This document shows, piece after piece, positions 31,121-40,703 of a stretch of DNA of 64,000 bases. A model generated the notes under the pieces. The model saw only the letters and a list, made by a program, of their open reading frames with translations, searched no databases and had not been told where the DNA came from. Origin of the DNA: a plasmid; sequence record CP080654.1. One strand, 5' to 3'. Every line of letters begins with the position of its first letter. The stretch's first letter is position 1. Position numbers and translations under genes: made by a program.

Positions 31121-31248
31121 GGCACTAATCCGTCAGTAAAGTATTAGGGTCGGAAGGACAAATTAATCAGCGGAAATACACCGGCACAGAAAACAGGATT
31201 ACAGTCATGCCCGGATCCATAGATGACCAGGCCGGATACTTATTGCTA

Positions 31249-31938
31249 TTAAGAGGTTATGCAGAAGGAATAGCCCTCTGAGCCAGGGCAGTGCCCGCCT
31301 TTAATATACGACTTCGCCACCTGCCGTCCGGCCTCATCGACCAGGGCATGCAGTGTGGATGGCAATGTTTCAGCCGTGTACTGCAGGCAGACGCAGTAGC
31401 ATTTCACCGGAGGTTTAATCATATCCGGACGTTCAAACCAGCCGGTCGACGGGAAAATCCGTGTGCCGAAGAGCCTGTCAGAAGGAAACTGAGTCTGCAC
31501 GGACCAGGCAAACACGTCGTCAGCGCTGTCGCGGCGATTGACGCCGGGGATATACAGATTTTCTGCTTCGCGGACAACACGGGAGGCAAGAGAGGACAAG
31601 GCGGAGTCATCCGTGCTGGCCGGGCCTTCCACACATATGGAAAGATGGAAGTATTCCGGTTTGCTCTGTGCTTCTGGCTTTGTATCGGGAATAACTGACA
31701 CCGTGTCTCGCTTACGCCCCGTGGAAGACGTCATTAATTTTCTAAAAAATACACCTGCAATGAAAACAAGCAGAAGAATAACTAACGCGCTGCAGATATA
31801 CATGAAGTGGTCACTGAAGAGAGAACAGACCTCGCAATGTGACAGGGAATAACTTTCCCCCACTGCAGGATGTGGGTAAATATCGCCAGGCATCAGTTCA
31901 TGTGTATCAAGAGACCTGACAGGCTCAGATATTGTCAT
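31249..31938 (-). CDS. Hypothetical single-pass membrane protein (about 229 aa) inserted between traT and traD
   Basis: ORF with one TM helix (ICSALVILLLVFIAGVFF), Cys-containing C-terminus; no equivalent in F. Confidence 0.4.
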   Translation of the reverse strand: MTISEPVRSLDTHELMPGDIYPHPAVGESYSLSHCEVCSLFSDHFMYICSALVILLLVFIAGVFFRKLMTSSTGRKRDTVSVIPDTKPEAQSKPEYFHLSICVEGPASTDDSALSSLASRVVREAENLYIPGVNRRDSADDVFAWSVQTQFPSDRLFGTRIFPSTGWFERPDMIKPPVKCYCVCLQYTAETLPSTLHALVDEAGRQVAKSYIKGGHCPGSEGYSFCITS

Positions 31939-32129
31939 AAATAACCTCTGTTCAAATAAAGACGAAAAACTCCGCCGAAGGCGGCAACGCCTCACAGATG
32001 CACAAATAAATTGCGCAACTGTTCACCGTTTAGATGTGGAATTAACTGATTATTTGACGAATGAATTCTGACACGCCAGAAAGGTGATGCCAGTCTGGCC
32101 CGGAGTACCCGGGCCGTGGAATAGAACGC

Positions 32130-32861
32130 TTACAGAATATTAGCGATCGATTTTGCCAGCTGGTCTTCAAGAACAGGCTGGGCTTCAGGGAACTTGAGGT
32201 TAACTTTATTAGCGTTAGAGACGACGCGAGTCTGGTATTTATGCTGATTACCCGTTTCCGTACTTGTCTGCACTTTTGCGCCAGATGTTCCCTGACGTAA
32301 TACGGCCACGTTATCAGTCTGAACCTGTGTTTTGGTTCTTTCCGCGATCTGAACATCGGTGATCATGGTGTAGTTCACATCTTCCACCATCGCGTCAGCC
32401 GCCATCCCCACCAGACCGGCTGCAAGCCCTACCCCCAGGGTCGCTCCCGCAGAACTGGAGTTGTAAGCGGTAATCCCCGCCCCAAGAGCGGCGCCAGTCA
32501 CTGCCCCCTCATAACCCCGGCTTAACCAACCCTGAGATTCACGAAGGTCCATTTTATCGGCCTTGAGCACATTAGCCTGGATCCAGTAGCCCGCCGTATC
32601 CGGGTTACTGACGACCTGATATCCCTTTGAAGTGACGGCGCTGGCAATTTTTGCCTGCAGGCCACTCATATCCTTATCGGAGGTATTTTTGATTTGCAGA
32701 TAAACCGTCTTATTATTTGAAGGTTCCAGCCAGATTGTTTCGCTCATCTGGGTTTTCACTTCCAGATTTCTCTTTTTAATAGCGGTTCCCATTGCACTAC
32801 ATCCAGACAACGCCAGCGCAGAGCTGACAACCATAACAGTCATCAATTTATTAAATTGCAT
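32130..32861 (-). CDS. traT: Surface exclusion / serum resistance lipoprotein TraT (243 aa)
   Basis: Near-identical to TraT (lipobox LSGC, ..[19 protein letters not shown]..). Confidence 0.92.
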   Translation of the reverse strand: MQFNKLMTVMVVSSALALSGCSAMGTAIKKRNLEVKTQMSETIWLEPSNNKTVYLQIKNTSDKDMSGLQAKIASAVTSKGYQVVSNPDTAGYWIQANVLKADKMDLRESQGWLSRGYEGAVTGAALGAGITAYNSSSAGATLGVGLAAGLVGMAADAMVEDVNYTMITDVQIAERTKTQVQTDNVAVLRQGTSGAKVQTSTETGNQHKYQTRVVSNANKVNLKFPEAQPVLEDQLAKSIANIL

Positions 32862-33044
32862 ACAAATTCCTTGTACCATAATCATTATGAGACATACACA
32901 TTCCATTTCTGCATCCAGAATGCGCAGATACTATATCCAACTTTTAATTTGAGTGGAAACTTATCAAAGTTAATAGACTAATGATTTCACGCATGAACTT
33001 TTAGCCTATTAACAAACTACCAGAATTAATAGGCTATGCGGTGC

Positions 33045-33593
33045 TTATTTTTCACTCTTACTTGTCTTGAAGGTCTCGAGAAGCGATGTTAAGGCTGTAA
33101 GTTGATAACGGCTCAAATCAACATTAACAATTTGCATCAAACAAAATGAGAAACAAATAAATAATACCGTCGAGTATATAGCCCCATAAACCGGATAGGT
33201 ACAAGAGATAATTAAAAAAACATACGTCAATAAGTATACACGACAGTAAAATTTAGCCTTACCTACTATAAACTGACATAATGCTGATTGTTTACGATAT
33301 GTGTCAGGAATGGAGAGGTACAATGCTCTGAAATTTACTATATACAACATCATAAACAACCCAGCAACAAAAGCCACCAATACAGAAGCTGCTATCCCCA
33401 TCTGAGCTGCATTTGGTAATTCTACAAAAAATAACTTATAACTAAACATGGCGATAGGCCATAATAGTAGCCAAAACATTGCAGCAAGGCCTGGCCAGAA
33501 GCAATTCCACATTGAAGGAATATCAGCTTCCCCATCTTTGAATAGACGTGACAGTTGCTCGACCTCAGTAAGTATCTGTTTGTTAGTAATCAT
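33045..33593 (-). CDS. traS: Entry exclusion inner-membrane protein TraS
   Basis: Hydrophobic protein in the conserved slot between traG and traT. Confidence 0.6.
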   Translation of the reverse strand: MITNKQILTEVEQLSRLFKDGEADIPSMWNCFWPGLAAMFWLLLWPIAMFSYKLFFVELPNAAQMGIAASVLVAFVAGLFMMLYIVNFRALYLSIPDTYRKQSALCQFIVGKAKFYCRVYLLTYVFLIISCTYPVYGAIYSTVLFICFSFCLMQIVNVDLSRYQLTALTSLLETFKTSKSEK

Positions 33594-33605
33594 GTTTATA
33601 CCCTT

Positions 33606-36455
33606 TTATGGTAATTTACCATCCATTTTCCTTGCAGATTCTTCAGCCTTCTTCCTGAACTCCTCAGTCGTGTTGCTTAGTGGATTGTTCACTTGACCAT
33701 TCAATTCCTTATTATATCGCTCATTAAAGTCATTTCCTTCTTTTTTATGTAACATCTCAAAATCTGCATTCTGTTGTTTAATCCCTTCACCTTGCTCTTT
33801 GATATTGATTTTACCAGCATTATTTATCCTGGTGTTATCTTCCACCATAGAATCCACTTGATTTCTTACGTTCTCTTTAATACCAGAATTTCGTGACATT
33901 GACTCAATATCACCACTGTGCTTGCCAAAATCGCTAACAACAGTTTGGTCACCTGGCGTCCCGGAAACACTTGCCATACCATTACCTATATCATTTCTTC
34001 CTTGTTCAAAGGAACTGTCGATTCGTGGTTCTACTTGAGCTTTCACAAACTCTCGTGCCAGCATCTCACGCTGCGCTGCAATTTCAGGAGAGCTTGTATT
34101 GGTCAGAATGGCCTCAGCATCCTGTGGAGCACGATGCTGAACAAAGTTCGCAAATTGCTGAGTGAGATTCTCGCTCATCTGGCCAGTCAAACTCTCAGTT
34201 CTTGAAGCCATTTCACTATATTCATGGCTGCGTGTTCTACTGGTTGTGTACTGGTCGTAACTATTTTTAGCACTAGAAAGTGAAGCAGCAAACTGATCGA
34301 CACGAGAGCTTGCATTGTTATCAGTTATATTACCTGAAGTATTAGTTTTATGGCTAACAAGATAATCACTTGCCTCTCTAAAATCTTTAGCGGCCTGACT
34401 ACTTATATCATGTCTGCTATCGCTGGAATGTCGACCAGACTGGCCAACAGTATCAGTTGATCCTGTGCTGCCGCTCCCACTTATTGATCCTTTTATGCCA
34501 CCTTCTACACTGGCGCCTGTAGCCAATTTCCCAATTTTACCAGCAAGCTGATCTCCTGAACTCCATCTTGCACCCACATGGGCTTCACCTGTAACTGTAC
34601 CTCTAGTGGATTCATCCATGAGATTCTGAAAGGACTGCTCATTAGATATATTATTTGCTTTTGCATTAGCAACCACCGCATTCCACATCTTACTTTTAGC
34701 CATTGTGTCTTGCGACGACTCTGTATTATCTGCTCCAGTCGTCATTGAGGAACTGGTTCCTCTGTTGGTACCAAACTGCTTTAAAACATTCCAGGCACTT
34801 GTCACGCTGCTGTTATAGCCATGCAGCGCGCTTTCGGCCTGGACATCAGCCTCACGGGCCATCTGTTGCTGCGCACTGGCTATCTGACGACCGACGTTGA
34901 TATCCACCGGCAGTTTTGACATTGCACCACCACTGTCCCAGACCATCGAGCCATCCCGCGTCTGCGTGCTCATGCCTCCATTCGCCAGCTGCCGCGACAT
35001 CTGTCCGAAACTGGTTGTGCTGTTGGTACCCCAGCTGTAGCCGCTGACGTTCTCCATCTGCATGTTGGCAAACGAGTAATTGCCATCCACCACGCCGGAA
35101 GCCGCCTGCGATGTTGCACCAAGCCCGGAAGAAGAAAAATGGCTGTAGGCACTGGAGAAGGCGGCTCCCATGCTCTTCACGATCCCCCACGACAAAGGCG
35201 GTATCATCACGGCAATATAACCCGCGGTGGTCGCAATATCCGAGTTTTTGAGCTGAACCTGCGACAACTCAGAGAGAACAACCGGGACGCCATTTTGCTT
35301 CGCATAGTAGGCCATTGCGCTGTTCAGGATGGCGAACAGTAATGGCCACGTCTGCAGCCAGATAAGCGCAAACACATACCCCTTTAACACCTGCAGCGTC
35401 ATCATATTAAACATGGCGGCCATCACCATGATCGGGAACATCCCAATCATTATCCCCATGATAACGGTCTGCATCAGCGGAAGTGTGCGAAGCGCCTGGT
35501 GCCCCATTGTGGCCTGTGCCAGCCGCTGCTTTTCAAGGGATGAGGTGTTAGCGATATTGACCAGACTGGCGGTATCGCCGCTGCGGGCTGCATAACTCTG
35601 GATCCCGCTGCGCAGGGCGTTCATCGTGACGTTCTGGCGGATAATCTGCCCGGCGCTCTGTCCCGAGCTGTAGAAGTAATTGTAGCTGTCGCCAATCATC
35701 TGGCTGAACAGCAGATCGGGATTAGGTTTGCCGCCAAACAGCTGACGAACATAGTAGTTCCAGGTTTTACCGCCTGTCTGAGTATCCAGCGCAAGAGCCG
35801 ATTTCAGATCCCGTGAGGCCTCCTCGCATGTCTGGAACTGGTTGTTTTTATCAAACACGCCACGCAGTGGACTCGGGTTAGCAAAAATCAGGGTATACGG
35901 ATCAGGAGAATTCAGTAATTCTTCAAAAGAGTACTTATGATTGAGGAAAATATCGCCCATCACACAGTTTTGTACGTAATCGGAAAACAGCGTCGTAATC
36001 TGAGGATTTTGTGACAAAAAATCCGTACTTTTCGCGACCAGATTACTGCCAAATAACATCCCCGTTTTACTGTACGTGACGCTGTCCGGCAGCGCGAAGA
36101 CCATCTCATAACTCTGGATAAGCGCGTTTCCCACCCTCGTTGTCAGCGACGCAGGAATGGCAAGACCAATAGGAACATTATCGACTTCATAGACCTGCGC
36201 AACGTTACTGTAATCGATGATCTGCACAGGGGTACGAATGACAACCAGCATAGAGACCAGGGTGAGGGAAAAGACCCAGCCAATAAGGTCCATTACGTTG
36301 TGTTTTTTTACCCAGTTCCCCGCCACAATGAGTACCGAGATGGCGATACACATCTTTTCTATAGTCGACCATGTGCTGGTCCCCATAAACGCCGCAATCG
36401 CGTTCAGGTTGCCCCGTAACCAGTCGCCGCCAGCAATGGCATATATCTCAAGCAT
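33606..36455 (-). CDS. traG: Mating pair stabilisation / pilus assembly protein TraG (949 aa)
   Basis: Length, N-terminal polytopic region, conserved position. Confidence 0.9.
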   Translation of the reverse strand: MLEIYAIAGGDWLRGNLNAIAAFMGTSTWSTIEKMCIAISVLIVAGNWVKKHNVMDLIGWVFSLTLVSMLVVIRTPVQIIDYSNVAQVYEVDNVPIGLAIPASLTTRVGNALIQSYEMVFALPDSVTYSKTGMLFGSNLVAKSTDFLSQNPQITTLFSDYVQNCVMGDIFLNHKYSFEELLNSPDPYTLIFANPSPLRGVFDKNNQFQTCEEASRDLKSALALDTQTGGKTWNYYVRQLFGGKPNPDLLFSQMIGDSYNYFYSSGQSAGQIIRQNVTMNALRSGIQSYAARSGDTASLVNIANTSSLEKQRLAQATMGHQALRTLPLMQTVIMGIMIGMFPIMVMAAMFNMMTLQVLKGYVFALIWLQTWPLLFAILNSAMAYYAKQNGVPVVLSELSQVQLKNSDIATTAGYIAVMIPPLSWGIVKSMGAAFSSAYSHFSSSGLGATSQAASGVVDGNYSFANMQMENVSGYSWGTNSTTSFGQMSRQLANGGMSTQTRDGSMVWDSGGAMSKLPVDINVGRQIASAQQQMAREADVQAESALHGYNSSVTSAWNVLKQFGTNRGTSSSMTTGADNTESSQDTMAKSKMWNAVVANAKANNISNEQSFQNLMDESTRGTVTGEAHVGARWSSGDQLAGKIGKLATGASVEGGIKGSISGSGSTGSTDTVGQSGRHSSDSRHDISSQAAKDFREASDYLVSHKTNTSGNITDNNASSRVDQFAASLSSAKNSYDQYTTSRTRSHEYSEMASRTESLTGQMSENLTQQFANFVQHRAPQDAEAILTNTSSPEIAAQREMLAREFVKAQVEPRIDSSFEQGRNDIGNGMASVSGTPGDQTVVSDFGKHSGDIESMSRNSGIKENVRNQVDSMVEDNTRINNAGKINIKEQGEGIKQQNADFEMLHKKEGNDFNERYNKELNGQVNNPLSNTTEEFRKKAEESARKMDGKLP

Positions 36456-37864
36456 TACAGATTCCCCCCAAAATGATAGTTATTCTGGTAGCGGGTCATC
36501 ATGCGGGCAGAGACCTGCTGGCGCATGTAACTCATTTGCCTGTCAACCACAAGCAAGGCGTCCTGCTGAACCTGAACACGGGACTGAAAAGCGGCAATCT
36601 GGACACTCGCCTGATTGAGGTTTTCCATGATCATATCCATTGTCGACTGGGGATAATTACCGGTTGAAATCATCGCCCGGGCCTGCTGGATAAGTTCCTG
36701 AATGTACTGCAGCAGGATGTCGTAGCCGATATAGTCCGTCAGCTGGTAAATAAGTGAGTTAGACACCCCGAGCATCTGCGGATCGACCAGGTATTTGAAT
36801 ACCGGAATGGTGGTGCTGGAGATAAACCCTTTCTCCTGATCCGTCAGTTTTTCATCAGCCACTGCTTTATTCTGGATACTGCTTAACAAAGCGGAAATCT
36901 GGCTTTTTAGCGCTTTACTGGAAGTGATGGTCACGGTCGCATCAGCAACGACCTTAAGACACTTATCCGAATCATTGCAGTGGTAGATTTTAGCCGTGCC
37001 GCCCTCCATCATGGCTCTAATCAGATCCTGGTCAGTGGTGCGTGCCGGCAGCGGCGTGATTTCACTGTTCTCCCCGAAAATCAGCGTACCGGTGAGCGTC
37101 ATGATGAATTCCTTCAGCTCCTTATTGCCGTCGAAGAGCCGGTTCTTCGATAAGGCATTCCACATGATGTTGATGTTTTTCATCACACGTTCTTTGTCTT
37201 TATCGCTGGCCTTATCCTGGACGCTGTCCATCTTGCCGCCCACCGTACAACCCTGGCGCGACGCGGCCCAGTCCGAAAAGATATTGCTTTCACCGGCAAT
37301 GTCCTGGCAGACCTTTTGTTGAGCGACCTGGGTACGAGGAAACAGGCCACCCACAATTCCCTGAGCAGCCTGGCAGGAACTGAGGTTCATGCTGTTCATG
37401 TCAGTGGCCATCTTTTGAAGGAAGTCCTTTGCGGTTTTAATCTCCGGTACCGTGGTTTGCAAAGCGAGATCAAAAAAGTACCCCGCGGCGTTGCTCATGA
37501 TTTGTTTTGCGAACCTCTGCAGCTGCTCGCTGTTGATATAGCTGAATGACCCCAGATAGGCATCAATCCCTCCGCAGCCGGCATTAATATCAGGGAGCGT
37601 CATGCTGACCAGCTGGATCGTTTTCACCTGCGTTCTGGCATACAGCGAACCGCCGGAGGCGTAACCCGCAGCCTGTCCCTGCCAGACCTGCGGCTGGCTG
37701 GTATTGGACGCAAAGCCCAGCTTATTGAAGAAGTTGTTCATATCGCCATTCACGTCGGCGGCGGCGCTAAATGACAGGCCAAGCACGGCACCGCAGAAGA
37801 GTGACAGAAGTTTAATTCGCATCCAGTCCTCCATTACGCACAGCATTCTTTTTAACTCTGTCAT
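36455..37864 (-). CDS. traH: Pilus assembly protein TraH (469 aa)
   Basis: Family similarity and position. Confidence 0.9.
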   Translation of the reverse strand: MTELKRMLCVMEDWMRIKLLSLFCGAVLGLSFSAAADVNGDMNNFFNKLGFASNTSQPQVWQGQAAGYASGGSLYARTQVKTIQLVSMTLPDINAGCGGIDAYLGSFSYINSEQLQRFAKQIMSNAAGYFFDLALQTTVPEIKTAKDFLQKMATDMNSMNLSSCQAAQGIVGGLFPRTQVAQQKVCQDIAGESNIFSDWAASRQGCTVGGKMDSVQDKASDKDKERVMKNINIMWNALSKNRLFDGNKELKEFIMTLTGTLIFGENSEITPLPARTTDQDLIRAMMEGGTAKIYHCNDSDKCLKVVADATVTITSSKALKSQISALLSSIQNKAVADEKLTDQEKGFISSTTIPVFKYLVDPQMLGVSNSLIYQLTDYIGYDILLQYIQELIQQARAMISTGNYPQSTMDMIMENLNQASVQIAAFQSRVQVQQDALLVVDRQMSYMRQQVSARMMTRYQNNYHFGGNL

Positions 37865-38255
37865 TTCTCAGAATAAAAAGGGTCTTAAGGTGATAACTGA
37901 AAAAATTGCGGATTGCTAATGTCACTCCGGCAACAAAGAACCCCACCCCAACAGCGATCAGCGCATAAGGGATGGCGTACATCATAATATTCCACAGGTC
38001 TTTTACTCGCAGGTCACCGCTGGCTATCCAGTCATCCACGCAGAGATTAAATAAAAATCTCATTATCCATAACAGCAGAGCACCTGCAGTGAGAAACACA
38101 ATGAATAATTCCAGATAGATTTCCAGACGCCTTTCCCGGTGGATAAATTCCGGCTTCAGTTGTTCTATTTTTTCTGCTGCTGTCTGCCCGGAGTCCTTTA
38201 AACTGGCTGGAAATAAAAACGCATACAGTCCCGTCGAACGTATATATTTGTTCAT
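37812..38255 (-). CDS. trbF: TrbF-like small membrane protein (147 aa)
   Basis: Position between trbB and traH; TM helices. Confidence 0.45.
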   Translation of the reverse strand: MNKYIRSTGLYAFLFPASLKDSGQTAAEKIEQLKPEFIHRERRLEIYLELFIVFLTAGALLLWIMRFLFNLCVDDWIASGDLRVKDLWNIMMYAIPYALIAVGVGFFVAGVTLAIRNFFSYHLKTLFILRNDRVKKNAVRNGGLDAN

Positions 38256-38300
38256 GGCTATTTTCCTTAATCACTTGCTAAGACCGGATATAACAGAGAC

Positions 38301-38888
38301 TCAGTGCATCATCTGAAATACCGTATCCACTCTGGCCATAAAGCCCTGTGCATCCGTGGCGCCCTGCAGGATTGGGTACGCTGCCAGCGTGTTTACGTTC
38401 ACCAGAAACGTAGTCGGCGTGGCCACCGGGATATTGGGGAAAAAGGTCTGCATCACGTCAGGAGGCGCCGGCAGCGCTTCCGGAAACGCGTCATCACCCT
38501 GTCCGTCAATGGTGTAAGAGAACACGGAGAAGCCATACTGTCCGGCCAGCTGCTTCAGCACCGGGTCAAACTTATGACAGTAGGGACAGTGTCCCTGCAT
38601 GAACAGCACCACTTTCCAGTCGCGCAGGTCCACCTGCTTTCCGTTGCTGAGTCGTAACCAGCGTGGCTGAGATGCCCCGCTCACCGCCTGGGGAGTGTCG
38701 CTCTGCGGGGAGGCCGTTTCAGTACCGGAGATTCCCCGCGGATCCCAGAGCGACTTCACCTCATCGAGCGTTCCCGCATGTGCCATCCCGGCCAGAGCAA
38801 GGGAAAGAGCCAGTGCCGCCAGCGGCGTCTTAGCGAGGTTCATCAGGCTGTTTTTCACAGGCTTTCTCCTCTTTTTCGGCTTCAGCAA
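38301..38888 (-). CDS. trbB: Thioredoxin-fold disulfide isomerase TrbB
   Basis: CPYC active site, signal peptide. Confidence 0.8.
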   Translation of the reverse strand: MLKPKKRRKPVKNSLMNLAKTPLAALALSLALAGMAHAGTLDEVKSLWDPRGISGTETASPQSDTPQAVSGASQPRWLRLSNGKQVDLRDWKVVLFMQGHCPYCHKFDPVLKQLAGQYGFSVFSYTIDGQGDDAFPEALPAPPDVMQTFFPNIPVATPTTFLVNVNTLAAYPILQGATDAQGFMARVDTVFQMMH

Positions 38889-39069
38889 TCAGGGCGTTTA
38901 GAATGCGGTATCCCCCGAACACCACCATACCCAGCCCGAAGATTTCCCCGGCCTGGACGGCCAGCTCAGGCTGTTTTCTGACAAGCCGGGCTATCAGGTG
39001 GAAAAACACGCCCACGGCCAGCACCCACATCCCGGTGATATCTAAATCCGGAAAACGAATATTTCGCAT
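38830..39069 (-). CDS. traQ: Pilin chaperone TraQ (about 79 aa from MRNIRFPDLDITGMWV..)
   Basis: Aligns with F TraQ (..RLDVPGMWVFSLGVWFHIVARLV..). Confidence 0.6.
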   Translation of the reverse strand: MRNIRFPDLDITGMWVLAVGVFFHLIARLVRKQPELAVQAGEIFGLGMVVFGGYRILNALIAEAEKEEKACEKQPDEPR

Positions 39070-39079
39070 GACACACTCC

Positions 39080-39832
39080 TTAGAAATTCGGTTTAAAGTC
39101 GCTGGAGACATAGAGGAACTGTTTCGCCAGGTCGTCCTGACTGATAAAGCCGTAACTGAGAGGCTTCACCTGGCCACTTTTCGGGTTAACCAGCATCATC
39201 GCGGGGAAGAACTTCACGCCAAGCTGCTCTGCCTGGCCCTGGTCCGTCCGGCTGTCGGGCAGCATGGGGTTAATCACTCCGTCAACCGACACCGGTATCA
39301 CGCTCAGGCCATAGGTTTCGCGAAAATTTTTAATCACCTGGACCAGCTGGCCATCGATCGCTTCCCGGCCCCGGTAGAAGAACATCACGCCGTAGTGCTG
39401 TGCGAGGGTGGAGATAGCCTGTCGCTGTTCGGCATAGTCGGCAGCGAGCTGGTTTTTTACCGTGCCGTTGTAGTGGCTGTACTGCAGGTTGTAATCGAGT
39501 TCGGGGTTTTCCAGCATGGCTTTCTTCGCACTCATCGAGAACAAACCTGCCTGCTGCGTCCAGTAGTTCTGCAGCCGGAAATACTTCACGAAGTTTTCAG
39601 ACGATGGATACAGAATGGCTTCGTACAACGACCGTTTGGTGGCCGCCTGGAGTGTGGCGAGTTTCTCCAGAATATCCATTTGCGGCGGTGGTGCCGCTGG
39701 TACGGCTTTCCTGTCCTCATCACGGGGCTTCAGTTTCTCGTTGTACCACTGCCAGCCCGCGTCTTTGGCGAAAGCCGGCATCAGGGCGCAGCAAAGGCAC
39801 CCCGCCAGCATGGCGGCATGTATTGTTCGCAT
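39080..39832 (-). CDS. traF: Thioredoxin-like pilus assembly protein TraF (250 aa)
   Basis: Family similarity, signal peptide. Confidence 0.9.
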   Translation of the reverse strand: MRTIHAAMLAGCLCCALMPAFAKDAGWQWYNEKLKPRDEDRKAVPAAPPPQMDILEKLATLQAATKRSLYEAILYPSSENFVKYFRLQNYWTQQAGLFSMSAKKAMLENPELDYNLQYSHYNGTVKNQLAADYAEQRQAISTLAQHYGVMFFYRGREAIDGQLVQVIKNFRETYGLSVIPVSVDGVINPMLPDSRTDQGQAEQLGVKFFPAMMLVNPKSGQVKPLSYGFISQDDLAKQFLYVSSDFKPNF

Positions 39833-39852
39833 GGCAAATACCCTTTTATGAA

Positions 39853-40179
39853 TTAATGCGACTGGCGTGACAGATGCTGATAGACACTGTATTTATCGAG
39901 CTGGCGCTGTACCTTTCCTGCATCATCACGGGCTTCAAAGCGATAACCGCTGCAGTACAGAGGCAGATAATTTATCTGAAGGTCCACCCGCTCCCCGTCC
40001 CTGATCACCCACGCGGCCTGAGAAACAGTGTCGCACTGGATCCCCCAGGCCCGGTTGGTTGTCATAAATGCGTTAACCTGCCTGTCCCGCCACAGGCTGT
40101 ACGACATAATGCTGACCAGGAGAAAGACAAACACCCCGACAAACACCATGACCAGCCCGTATGCTTTTTTCTCTTCCAT
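39853..40179 (-). CDS. Hypothetical membrane-anchored protein (108 aa) inserted between trbE and traF
   Basis: ORF with N-terminal TM helix; absent from F. Confidence 0.4.
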   Translation of the reverse strand: MEEKKAYGLVMVFVGVFVFLLVSIMSYSLWRDRQVNAFMTTNRAWGIQCDTVSQAAWVIRDGERVDLQINYLPLYCSGYRFEARDDAGKVQRQLDKYSVYQHLSRQSH

Positions 40180-40191
40180 TGACTCTCCTGG

Positions 40192-40458
40192 TCACATAAT
40201 AAGGAATAGCGGCATGCTCAGTACTGAAGATATAAAAGCCTGCCGGTCCGCTGGCAGTTTCTGGAAAGCAGGTGAGTACTGAGCGGCCATCTGAACCAGT
40301 TCGGACGAGTTAATCAGGAACCTGTCTGTATGCAGAGAGATATCCGCAAGAACAGCCAGCACCATAACATGATGCTCCTGGGGTAAATTCTCTTCATTCA
40401 GAATGTCTATAAATTTCTCAATCGTGATATATCGATTCATCTTTGCTTTTCCTTGCAT
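40192..40458 (-). CDS. Hypothetical 88-aa protein inserted between trbE and traF
   Basis: ORF only. Confidence 0.3.
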   Translation of the reverse strand: MQGKAKMNRYITIEKFIDILNEENLPQEHHVMVLAVLADISLHTDRFLINSSELVQMAAQYSPAFQKLPADRQAFISSVLSMPLFLIM

Positions 40459-40672
40459 TTATAACTTTCTCCAGGACTGAGAAAAACAAATAACACACAG
40501 ACATGGCAAACCCAGCCATAAGAATAAAGACCACACTTTCGACATAATCACTTCCCGACGTCCCTTTGACGGCATCCCAGGAGAAATAAATCACCGGAGA
40601 AATAATGATTATTGTTAGCGTTAATCTCAGGACAAAATCAATAACAGGCTTTTTGTGAAAACTCATTTTCAT
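40418..40672 (-). CDS. trbE: TrbE small membrane protein (84 aa)
   Basis: Position after traN; hydrophobic. Confidence 0.5.
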   Translation of the reverse strand: MKMSFHKKPVIDFVLRLTLTIIIISPVIYFSWDAVKGTSGSDYVESVVFILMAGFAMSVCYLFFSVLEKVINARKSKDESIYHD

Positions 40673-40703
40673 GATTATCGGTCTCTTTATTAGGCAGCAT
40701 GGT

